Of a stretch of 64,000 nt of DNA, positions 19,582 through 27,915 are shown piece by piece; positions within the stretch are counted from its first letter, which is position 1; the number at the start of each line of letters is the position of its first letter. A model generated the notes under the pieces. That model had not been told where the DNA came from, made no database searches, and saw only the letters and a program-made list of their open reading frames with translations. The position numbers and the translations under genes were made by a program. The stretch spans positions 64,930-128,929 of the forward strand of contig JACROF010000003.1 in assembly GCA_016214555.1 (NCBI GenBank), in the 5' to 3' direction. This DNA is from Candidatus Levyibacteriota bacterium. Its GTDB lineage: Bacteria > Patescibacteriota > Microgenomatia > Levybacterales > UBA12049.

Positions 19582-20364
19582 ATGGACGCATTAGAAGGTC
19601 TCAATTTGGAGTCTGCATCAGTCAGATATATGCCCTTTCTTATCGAGATTCGAAAGAGGTTACTTTTTTTGTCTGCAGTTTTTTTAGTTACTTGTGCTCT
19701 TGGATTTATTTATTACCAAAAAATTATTCTTTTTATCCTCAACCTATACGATCTTCAAAGCATCAACGTCACATTTACCTCGCCTTTTCAATTTGTTAAC
19801 CTCGCCATCAGCTCAGGAATGATAGTTGGATTTGCCCTCACACTTCCTTTGATCCTCCATCAAGTCCTCAGCTTTTTAAGGCCAGCCCTCCATAAAGGGG
19901 AGTACAACCTTTTGATCCGCTTTCTCCCTCTGAGCCTTATCCTTTTTGTGATAGGATTCTCATTTGGAAGCTGGATAACCAAACTTATTATTGAGGTGTA
20001 CTCCCGACAGACGACACAGCTTGAGATTCAAAATTTGTGGGATATTAATAGCTTTCTTTCACAAATTCTGTATACATCACTGCTTCTTGGCATTGTCTTT
20101 CAATTCCCTCTTGTCATCACGCTTCTTGTTCGATTTGGTGTCATTTCTCATAAAGTCATGTCAAAGCAGCGCAAGATCGCCTATGCTATTATTTTGATTG
20201 TAGTAATCCTTCTTCCCCCAACTGATTTACTGTCAATGGTGCTTATTTTTCTTCCGCTTGCAATCGTTTATGAACTTACTTTATCATTGAATAAAAGAGC
20301 CAAAGTACAGACTTGGCATAGTTTGAAAACACAAGTAAGTCATTCGAAAGGGGGTGAAAAGTAA
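19582..20364 (+). CDS. tatC: Twin-arginine translocase subunit TatC
   Basis: 260-aa polytopic membrane protein with the TatC N-terminal signature FLIEIRKRLLFLSAVFLV and six predicted TM helices. The true start may be the internal MPFLIEIRKRL. Confidence 0.8.
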   Translation: MDALEGLNLESASVRYMPFLIEIRKRLLFLSAVFLVTCALGFIYYQKIILFILNLYDLQSINVTFTSPFQFVNLAISSGMIVGFALTLPLILHQVLSFLRPALHKGEYNLLIRFLPLSLILFVIGFSFGSWITKLIIEVYSRQTTQLEIQNLWDINSFLSQILYTSLLLGIVFQFPLVITLLVRFGVISHKVMSKQRKIAYAIILIVVILLPPTDLLSMVLIFLPLAIVYELTLSLNKRAKVQTWHSLKTQVSHSKGGEK

Positions 20365-20522
20365 TGTTTGGTAATATAGGTACACCTGAAATTATTATTG
20401 TTGCAGTTGTTCTTCTCATTCTATTTGGAGGCAAAAAACTTCCTGAGCTAGCACGAGGACTCGGCGATGCGATCAGAGAATTTAGACGATCAGCTGGAGA
20501 TGACGACGGAAAAAAGAAGTAA
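20364..20522 (+). CDS. tatA: TatA/E paralog (52 aa), not in the ORF track; its start overlaps the tatC stop (TAATG)
   Basis: MFGNIGTPEIIIVAVVLLILFGGKKLPELARGLGDAIREFRRS. Confidence 0.75.
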   Translation: MFGNIGTPEIIIVAVVLLILFGGKKLPELARGLGDAIREFRRSAGDDDGKKK

Positions 20523-20604
20523 TTTTTTCTGTTGTGAATTTATTTTTTAGCAGGGGGATTAATAGATAACAATCCAAAACTATTATCCCCCTCTTATTCT
20601 CACT

Positions 20605-20997
20605 ATGTTACTCGAACCAATTATTTCTCTACCGCTTGCGCTTATTGCTCCGTTTGTTCTCTGGCCAATTGAGTTATTACTTCCTTATCCATTTATTCTT
20701 GAAGAGATAGCAAAAACCCTGATCATCATCCCTCTCCTCTCAAGTCACAAAAACAAAGTATTGCTCTATGGGGTTGGAATAGGGATTCTCTTTACACTCT
20801 CTGAAACGATTCTATATGCTCTCAATACAGTCTATGGATCTTCCCACTACCTAGCAACACGACTCCTTGCAACGGGTGCGCTTCACGTCACGACAACACT
20901 AATTATTCTTTCATCAGGATTTTATAAAAAAAGATACCTACTTGCAGGCCTAATGGGAGCAATCATTGTGCATTATCTCTACAATAGTTTTATATAA
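20605..20997 (+). CDS. Small polytopic membrane protein, possibly a PrsW/CPBP-type intramembrane protease-like protein
   Basis: 130 aa with four hydrophobic segments. It has EEIAK (EExxK-like), HVTTTL and HYLYN (HxxxN-like) motifs in TM regions. The assignment is weak. Confidence 0.4.
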   Translation: MLLEPIISLPLALIAPFVLWPIELLLPYPFILEEIAKTLIIIPLLSSHKNKVLLYGVGIGILFTLSETILYALNTVYGSSHYLATRLLATGALHVTTTLIILSSGFYKKRYLLAGLMGAIIVHYLYNSFI

Positions 20998-21009
20998 AGA
21001 AGCTACCTG

Positions 21010-23955
21010 CTACTCAGTTGAGGAAGGGTCATTCTCTTTTACGTACTCTGCTGATACCCATCCAGTTCCATCTTTAAATTCTACCTCATACCATCCTTCT
21101 TTTTTCCCAACAACAGGAAGGATGTCGTGGGGCATAACTCTTGCGATCTCCGACCCTCCAGGGCCACTACGAACGCGTAAAAAGCCAACGGAGGTCTCCA
21201 ACACCTCTACAGATACCTGCTCTAGACTTTCGTCTTCTGGTGACTGAAGGACACCATCTGGAACCCAACCTATAACCTCTGCGGATGCCTCTTCAAGATC
21301 AATAAGCTTAACCTGAATCCAATCGCCTTTTTTTGCAACAATTGACCCTTTGACAGGCTCATAGATGGTATACACGGGAACACTTCCCTCGGATGGCTCC
21401 ATCATAAGTGCCACTGTGTCTGTCTCTGATCCAACAATTGTTATCGCATCATCGCCAGAGCCTACTTGCTCATCTTTTTCTGAAAGAACCTGAGCTATCT
21501 GAGGCGACTTATGGGTAGTTGCAGTACTATCTCCTTTGCGGGCGGTAATGCTAAATACGATGGCTGATGAAATGCCTGCCGTCAAAAGACTACTGACCAC
21601 AACAGCTACTCCCCACCTAACTTGTCTTCTTTTATGGAAAGGCAAAACGCTTTTGATGTCTTCTTTCAAATTTTGCTTTAAAACATCTTGCTGTTTTTTT
21701 CCAGATTGTTTTTGTTTGGCATCTTGCACGCGAAGAATCCGCATATAAAGAACCAAGAATACAAATCCTGTAACCATGATGATAATAAGTCCCCAAACAG
21801 CGATCGCCTGTGCGCCTCCCACAAATCCAACAAGAGACCCAGATGAACTTACCTGCGTCACAAGCTCTTTTAATTTCTCCATTTTTACCTTGACACCTTC
21901 AAGCTCAATTTTTGCCTCACGATATGCGCGTATTCTCCCCTCAGGAGTCACTGCAGCTTTTTGTTTTTGAATAATTTTATCAAGAGCGACATTAATATCG
22001 CTTGTCAGCGTGACGCCTTGTGCAAAAAATGAGGTGTTCTTTAATGGCTCTGAAAGCTCCTCAGCCTGAGTCTTTAGTGACTCAATTTCATCACTTGCAA
22101 TCGAAAATATACTCTCATCAACTGTTATAGATATTGTCTTAGTTTCCTCTGGATCAAGGCTAAATTCTGCGCTTACAAAGTATTGATCCTTCTCAGAGTC
22201 ATATTCAACAGACAACCCAGCATCAACCTCCAAAATACTCTCTTTCGTCACCTCAGGCGGAAGATAATACTTCAAAGGAACTGTTTGAGAGACAAGTGAG
22301 GATGGATTGGTCACAAGTGACTTAAATACAATACTTCCCTCCTCAAGCCACATATTCACCAAAGGCTTCTTTGTACCACTTGCTAACAATTTCTTATTAG
22401 ATGCTATAACACCTTTCATTCCAAGCACTTTGTTCTTTAGCTGCTTGTCAGTCTCAAGCCCTTTGGGGTCAATCGCAAGCGCGATCATCGCTTGAGGAAT
22501 AGTGTTTCTTTTACTAATGCTCTCATAGAGTCCAGAGGCACTTTGTCTAATGTATGGTTTTTTGTAGGCTTTCCAGTTTGCCAAGAGCCTATCAGCTTTA
22601 GTGTTATCTTTGTCAAAAGAGCTAGAAAGATTCGTAAGATACGCAATCGTCCCCATAAAAGTCTTTGCGGTTTGCTGATCTTCTGTGCTCCCAATATCAT
22701 CAGAGATGCCACTCAAAATTGTTTTTAATTTAACAACATCGACATAACCAGACTGAGATTTGCCATATGTACGTAGGTCGCTTCTCATACTCTCAAATCT
22801 CATTTTTAACGCCAATGATTGATCATATAACGCATCAACTTCCTGCATATCCCACAAATCATGAAGCTGTTTGAGACTGCCTATAAAGGATTTTTTAGAG
22901 GATGCTCCCTCATTGCCAATTGTTTTTGCTATATCATCAAATGCAGCAAGTACTTCTTTTGATGAAGCTTTTGTCCACTGCTTACTCAAGAGGGTAAGTT
23001 TTTTATCAAGCGATTGAGATGAGCTAAGAAGACTTGACGACAATATCTTGGTCTGCTGAAGCTTAACTCCCAAATCGACTGAGTCTTCCTCAAGATAATT
23101 TTGAATAATCGGTTTGTTAACAAGCTTTTCTAAAAGAAGCCTGCTGTCAAGAGTTCTCTTTTCAACGTTTTCTAACGTCTGAGTGTTAAGAGTTGTCGAG
23201 CTTGACACGGTCGCAACGATGGTACTTACCTCAGTTTTGACCTTTGAGACATCGCTCTTTACTGAGTCAACATCTTCTTTTGTCGCAATTGAACCTGATG
23301 TCAACCCTGAGCCTGTAAGTGTTCTCGTCGCATACCCCCAGACATCAGATGCAATTGAGCTAGCGCCTGTAATAGTACGAGTTGAATAATCCCATATATC
23401 TGCAACAAGCGTTCCAAAACTGGTTAACGTTCTCCCAGAATACCCCCAAACAGCTGAAGCAATATCACTTGTTGAAGGAACAATATTTTGTAAAGCCTGA
23501 CCAAATGTCCCAGATGTAGTATATGAGGATCGATTTGCGTTCCATACCGCACTCGCAACATCTGAGCCACTAAGCGAGGCAGATGAGGTCGCGACTACTT
23601 CAAAAGATTTATCAAGACACATATACTCTCCGCTTGCAGTACAACAAATACTTGATCGATAAAGCCCTGCAGCCCCAGTTGCAACAATGTCATAGGAGTA
23701 CCAACCGTCCGCTGAGGAAGCCATAGGCTGTGAGTTAACAAAAACTGTTCCGTTAGGATACTTACTCGTTATGCTACAGGAAGCATTTGATATCGGAAGA
23801 TAGGTATCATCATACAAAAATTCTCCTACTTCACAAGTCTGACCTATCTCACAACTTTGTGGCCCAGCAGGAATAGCATAGGCATGCCCGACCGTTAAAA
23901 AAAACAGAAGTAAAAAAACGGGTAATATTTTTTTATATGACTGCAGTCTTTTCAT
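21010..23955 (-). CDS. Large secreted/membrane protein (981 aa) with a signal peptide, a Cys-rich N-domain, four tandem AVW-Y-RTLT repeats, a long coiled coil, two TM helices and two C-terminal SH3b domains
   Basis: Signal peptide MKRLQSYKKILPVFLLLFFLTVGHAYA. Repeats SDIASAVWGYSGRTLTSFG / ADIWDYSTRTITG / SDVWGYATRTLTG. TM helices GLIIIMVTGFVFLVLYMRIL and VAVVVSSLLTAGISSAIVFSI. SH3b-like GDWIQVKLIDL...GWVPDGVLQ and GWYEVEFKDGTGWVSAEYVKE. Confidence 0.75.
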   Translation of the reverse strand: MKRLQSYKKILPVFLLLFFLTVGHAYAIPAGPQSCEIGQTCEVGEFLYDDTYLPISNASCSITSKYPNGTVFVNSQPMASSADGWYSYDIVATGAAGLYRSSICCTASGEYMCLDKSFEVVATSSASLSGSDVASAVWNANRSSYTTSGTFGQALQNIVPSTSDIASAVWGYSGRTLTSFGTLVADIWDYSTRTITGASSIASDVWGYATRTLTGSGLTSGSIATKEDVDSVKSDVSKVKTEVSTIVATVSSSTTLNTQTLENVEKRTLDSRLLLEKLVNKPIIQNYLEEDSVDLGVKLQQTKILSSSLLSSSQSLDKKLTLLSKQWTKASSKEVLAAFDDIAKTIGNEGASSKKSFIGSLKQLHDLWDMQEVDALYDQSLALKMRFESMRSDLRTYGKSQSGYVDVVKLKTILSGISDDIGSTEDQQTAKTFMGTIAYLTNLSSSFDKDNTKADRLLANWKAYKKPYIRQSASGLYESISKRNTIPQAMIALAIDPKGLETDKQLKNKVLGMKGVIASNKKLLASGTKKPLVNMWLEEGSIVFKSLVTNPSSLVSQTVPLKYYLPPEVTKESILEVDAGLSVEYDSEKDQYFVSAEFSLDPEETKTISITVDESIFSIASDEIESLKTQAEELSEPLKNTSFFAQGVTLTSDINVALDKIIQKQKAAVTPEGRIRAYREAKIELEGVKVKMEKLKELVTQVSSSGSLVGFVGGAQAIAVWGLIIIMVTGFVFLVLYMRILRVQDAKQKQSGKKQQDVLKQNLKEDIKSVLPFHKRRQVRWGVAVVVSSLLTAGISSAIVFSITARKGDSTATTHKSPQIAQVLSEKDEQVGSGDDAITIVGSETDTVALMMEPSEGSVPVYTIYEPVKGSIVAKKGDWIQVKLIDLEEASAEVIGWVPDGVLQSPEDESLEQVSVEVLETSVGFLRVRSGPGGSEIARVMPHDILPVVGKKEGWYEVEFKDGTGWVSAEYVKENDPSSTE

Positions 23956-24139
23956 AATTTACAACAACCCCTCAAAGGGCTTTCTCTACATCTATTAAAT
24001 AGCGGAAGATTGGGTGAGGTCAACTTTTCACATAAAATGTATACAATTACATACTTATATATAAAAATAAATATGCTATATTTTTCGTTCGTAATTTGCC
24101 TCGTGAAAAGTACTGAGTATTTCTGTCAATGAAAAAATG

Positions 24140-24168
24140 AAAAAAGACCCCAAAACGGAGTCTTTTTT
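24140..24168. terminator. Bidirectional intrinsic-terminator-like hairpin inside a 690-nt intergenic region
   Basis: AAAAAAGAC-CCCAAAACGGA-GTCTTTTTT: a 9-bp stem flanked by an A-tract and a T-tract, so the stem is followed by a U-run on either strand. Confidence 0.5.
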
Positions 24169-24678
24169 CTACCAGATCAGTCCAAGGGAAAGCTTTTTTG
24201 ACGATCCCTTTTTAATTTAACTGGGACATCTGCAGCAGTGCAAATACTGCGCGCAAATTCCTCAGTGTCTTTTCAACTCTTTTATGAACTGACTTTTTTA
24301 GATCATGACTAATAACTACTAACATAATGTAAAGATGAGAGGTATAGCTCCTCTCATAAAATAACCAGACCATGGGTGCCTGAAGTCCAACAGGCTGAAA
24401 ATGTCAGACTTCAGGTCCCCCACAAAAAGTAAGGTAATTATTGAGTAGACTACATAGCAAGAAGACAAACCACCAAGAGCAAGAAGAGTCTTGCTATGTT
24501 AATTAACTTTCAAACAATTACTACAAAACTTGTTTGACTTAGTTAATTGCTCTACGTTAGCATAGTTAAAATTATTTCTTCACAAAGGTCAAATTTTTCA
24601 CAACAATGTATATCTATGCTGATAAATACATAATTTTGCATATTGATTTTTCCTATTTTTACTGCTTCTATAAATACA

Positions 24679-24963
24679 GTGGATAATTTATTTAATGTAA
24701 ATCAGGCGGCATTTATTCTTAAGGTACATCCCCTTACTATTAGGAGATATATAAAAGAAGGTAGACTAAAAGCTCTTAAAGTAGGAGGAGCAATCCGAAT
24801 TAAAGAGAAAGACCTTCATGAGTTTAACAAAGACTACACTCCCAACTCCCGCTCTGTCGATACAGGAGTTAAAACAAAAATTAATCCAGCAAAATCATTC
24901 ACCATGGAGGATCCTTTCTTAAGACTCAACGGAAGAGGCGCAAGTATCAAGCTCAGTAGCTAA
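24679..24963 (+). CDS. Putative HTH (excisionase/MerR-like HTH_17) DNA-binding protein; candidate antitoxin
   Basis: VDNLFNVNQAAFILKVHPLTIRRYIKEGRLKALKVGGAIRIKEKDL matches the excisionase-type HTH pattern. The start is uncertain: GTG at 24679 is chosen here, and the ORF track starts at TTG 24643. The gene lies immediately upstream of a PIN-domain gene. Confidence 0.5.
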   Translation: MDNLFNVNQAAFILKVHPLTIRRYIKEGRLKALKVGGAIRIKEKDLHEFNKDYTPNSRSVDTGVKTKINPAKSFTMEDPFLRLNGRGASIKLSS

Positions 24964-24970
24964 AAAAACT

Positions 24971-25396
24971 ATGGCAATTCTAAGTAAAAAAGTATATCTT
25001 GACTCTTCTGTATTTGTCGCGTTTATCGATAGGGCTCATATTAAATATGATCAAGCAACAGCATACTTTCGATACTTTGCCCTTGAAGAGTATCAGCTTT
25101 TCTCTGATCCATACACTCTTATCGATGCCTATAATAGACTCTATAATGATATTAGTCCAAGTCTAGCGAAAGATTTTATGAGGGTCATGGCACTAAGCAA
25201 CATCACCATGGTGTATCCAGAAGAATCAGACGTTAAAAATGCTCTTAAGGCAATCGTCAATTTTAAAACAACTGATCTCACCTATCCCAAGGCGCTCTTG
25301 TCAGTTTTGGCAAATAGACGAGGAGTTCCACAAATTTGCTCTTTTGACTACATGCCAGCTCTCTTTGGTCTATCGATGTTCTATCTTCCAATCTGA
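24971..25396 (+). CDS. PIN-domain (VapC-like) protein
   Basis: 141 aa. The N-terminus VYLDSSVFVAFID carries the first PIN acidic residue. Size and downstream position relative to the HTH gene are typical of VapBC. Confidence 0.6.
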   Translation: MAILSKKVYLDSSVFVAFIDRAHIKYDQATAYFRYFALEEYQLFSDPYTLIDAYNRLYNDISPSLAKDFMRVMALSNITMVYPEESDVKNALKAIVNFKTTDLTYPKALLSVLANRRGVPQICSFDYMPALFGLSMFYLPI

Positions 25397-25503
25397 ATAT
25401 GATTTAATATAAACTATAGCATCAAAAGATAAACTACCAAATCACATTTAACCTAGTTCGATCTACTTTACAGCCCTCCAAGATTGATATACAATCCGTC
25501 CAC

Positions 25504-26781
25504 ATGAACAAAATAATTGATAATAAGAGAGTAAAATTGAATAGAATCTGCATGATAAATCCACAAGGATTTGTTGAGTATCCTGCTCCCCTTGGTCGAT
25601 CAGACACGGGAGGGCAGATACTCTATGTCATTGAACTTGCCAAAGCAATTGCCACCAAGGGAATTAAGGTAGACATCATCACAAGACAATTTGATGATCA
25701 TCCAGAAGAAGAAAAAATCAATGATTTTGTAAAAATTGTGAGAATCCCTTGCGGCCCTAAAGGATTTGTAGCTAAAGAAAAACTCTATGAGAGTATGCCC
25801 GAGTTTGCTGAGAATTTTATGGCGTATATCGAAAAGACGAGAAAGACCTATGACCTTATTCACTCTCACTACTGGGATGGCGGCTATGCTGGCAATATCC
25901 TTAAAAAACTCCTTGATATTCCTCACATCCATACACCTCATACTCTTGGAAAGATGAAAAAGATAGAGATGGCAGCTGAGGAGACTCATCCAACAAAACT
26001 AAAACCGATCTATCGTTATCATCTACGCATAGCAATCGAGCAAAAAATTATGACACAAGCCGATGCTGTCTTGGTTCTCTGTGAGACAACTCGAATCCAG
26101 ATACTCCAACACTATATTGTAGACTTTGAAAAAATTCATGTCATTTTTCCTGGAGTTGATACCAGCATCTTCACAACGACTAAAAATGCTTTTGATAAAC
26201 AAATAAAGCTTGAAAAAAATGCTATCCTCACAGTTAGTAGGCTTGTACCCGCAAAAGGTTTAGATCGAGTCGTGGAATCACTTTCCCAGATCAAAAATAA
26301 AGTCCCCTTCCATCTTTATATCGCAGGTGGAGAGTCAAATACGATGTCTGATGAGGAAAAACAAACAGAAGAACAGCTCAACACTCTAATAAAAAAATTT
26401 AAGCTTGAAAAGAAAGTTACGAGACTTGGAAAAATTGACCACACAACTACTCTCCCGGCATACTACAGAGCGGCAAGTGCATTTATCCTTGGCGCTCGTT
26501 ATGAACCCTTTGGCTTGACCACTCTTGAGGCTATGGCCTGCGGAGCAGCTCCTATCATCTCAAGTGTCGCGGGAAGTCGAGAGGTAATTATAGACGGCCT
26601 CAATGGTTTTATCGTTAATATGCACGACAGAACAAGCCTCTCTGAGGCTATTGTCAAGCTCATCTCAGATGATAAATTGAGAAAAAAAGTAGCAGAGAAT
26701 GCAGCATTTACCACCAAAGAGCATTCTGATTGGGATAAGGTTGTTGAAAAAATGATCTCACTATACCTCAATCTGCTATGA
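25504..26781 (+). CDS. GT4 glycosyltransferase resembling the sucrose-phosphate synthase (SPS) glucosyltransferase domain
   Basis: The N-terminal block NPQGFVEYPAPLGRSDTGGQILYVIELAKAIA parallels the SPS motif GRDSDTGGQVKYVVELARAL. The C-terminal GT4 donor-binding block is EPFGLTTLEAMACGAAPIISSVAGSREVIIDGLNGFIV. Confidence 0.75.
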   Translation: MNKIIDNKRVKLNRICMINPQGFVEYPAPLGRSDTGGQILYVIELAKAIATKGIKVDIITRQFDDHPEEEKINDFVKIVRIPCGPKGFVAKEKLYESMPEFAENFMAYIEKTRKTYDLIHSHYWDGGYAGNILKKLLDIPHIHTPHTLGKMKKIEMAAEETHPTKLKPIYRYHLRIAIEQKIMTQADAVLVLCETTRIQILQHYIVDFEKIHVIFPGVDTSIFTTTKNAFDKQIKLEKNAILTVSRLVPAKGLDRVVESLSQIKNKVPFHLYIAGGESNTMSDEEKQTEEQLNTLIKKFKLEKKVTRLGKIDHTTTLPAYYRAASAFILGARYEPFGLTTLEAMACGAAPIISSVAGSREVIIDGLNGFIVNMHDRTSLSEAIVKLISDDKLRKKVAENAAFTTKEHSDWDKVVEKMISLYLNLL

Positions 26782-26790
26782 TAGAGTGGT

Positions 26791-27912
26791 ATGAAGATTG
26801 CCCTCATCGCTCCGGTTGAAGAAACAGTTCCCCCTCAGAAATATGGTGGTATCGAATGGATTGTTTATGAGTTGGCCTCAGGGTTGAGTAAAAAAGGCCA
26901 CGAAGTTGATCTCTACGCAAGCGCAGACTCCCACAGAAGCTCTGACTATCATGTAATTCCTATTACTCCCAAAAGCTTAAGGCAACATGACACCTTCTCC
27001 TCAGACTTAACACTTCGTGAAGGGGCAAAATGGCTGGCAATTGCTAAAGCCATCGAAGAAGTAGGTAAAAAAAACTATGACATTATCCATAACCATGTGG
27101 GCTGGAGACTCCTTACCTTTTCAAACACGCTAACACCTCCTCTTTTAACCACCCTTCATGGACCTCTCACTATCCCTAAAGAAAATTTTATTTTTTCCCA
27201 GAAAGCACACTTACCATATATATCTATATCAAACAATCAAAGAAGAGATCTTCCAGAACTATCCTATCTTAAAACTATTTATAACGCAGTAGATACCACT
27301 CTCTTCCCCTTCAAAGAATCACCTGATAAAACCTCTCTTCTCTTCTTTGCCCGAATGAGTCCTGAGAAAGGGGTTATAGAAGCAGTTAAGTCGGCAATTC
27401 ATGTTAAGAAAGAATTACTTGTTGCTTCAAAAGTTGACGAGGTTAATAAGGGGTACTATGAGGAGTTTAAAAAAATATCACAAGACAATCCACTTGTTAC
27501 TGACATTGGAGAAATAAAAGTTGCCGACAGACAGGCATATTTTCAAAACTCCAAAGCGCTTCTTGCTCCCATCGCTTGGGAAGAACCTTTTGGACTTATG
27601 TTTATTGAGGCTATGTCTTCAGGAACACCCGTTATCGCCTATGCACGAGGCGCAGCACCTGAGATCATCAAGGACGGTGAGACAGGATACTTGGTAAATT
27701 TCTCAGATCAGGACAAAAGAGGTGATTTTGTTATTAAAAAATCTGGCTTTGAGGGACTTTGCGAGGCTATCGAAAAACTCTATGGTCTTTCAGAAAGTGA
27801 ATATAAACAGATGAGAAAACAAGCAAGAAAGCATGTTGAGGAAAACTTCTCAGCAGGACTGATGGTTGATAACTATGAAAAAGCCTATCAGGAACTACTA
27901 AAAAAACACTAA
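26791..27912 (+). CDS. GT4-family glycosyltransferase
   Basis: EPFGLMFIEAMSSGTPVIAYARGAAPEIIKDGETGYLV (E-x7-E GT4 motif). The N-terminus KIALIAPVEETVPPQKYGGIEWIVYELASGL. Confidence 0.75.
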   Translation: MKIALIAPVEETVPPQKYGGIEWIVYELASGLSKKGHEVDLYASADSHRSSDYHVIPITPKSLRQHDTFSSDLTLREGAKWLAIAKAIEEVGKKNYDIIHNHVGWRLLTFSNTLTPPLLTTLHGPLTIPKENFIFSQKAHLPYISISNNQRRDLPELSYLKTIYNAVDTTLFPFKESPDKTSLLFFARMSPEKGVIEAVKSAIHVKKELLVASKVDEVNKGYYEEFKKISQDNPLVTDIGEIKVADRQAYFQNSKALLAPIAWEEPFGLMFIEAMSSGTPVIAYARGAAPEIIKDGETGYLVNFSDQDKRGDFVIKKSGFEGLCEAIEKLYGLSESEYKQMRKQARKHVEENFSAGLMVDNYEKAYQELLKKH

Positions 27913-27915
27913 GCT

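Noticed and set aside
24180-24500. Possible SRP RNA, tmRNA or RNase P RNA in the structured intergenic region
   Set aside because: The SRP domain IV consensus (GGAAGGAAGCAGC context), the tmRNA tRNA-like 3' end and tag ORF, and the RNase P P4 core (AGGAAAGUCCGGGCUCC) are not present. Only generic stem-loops are seen.
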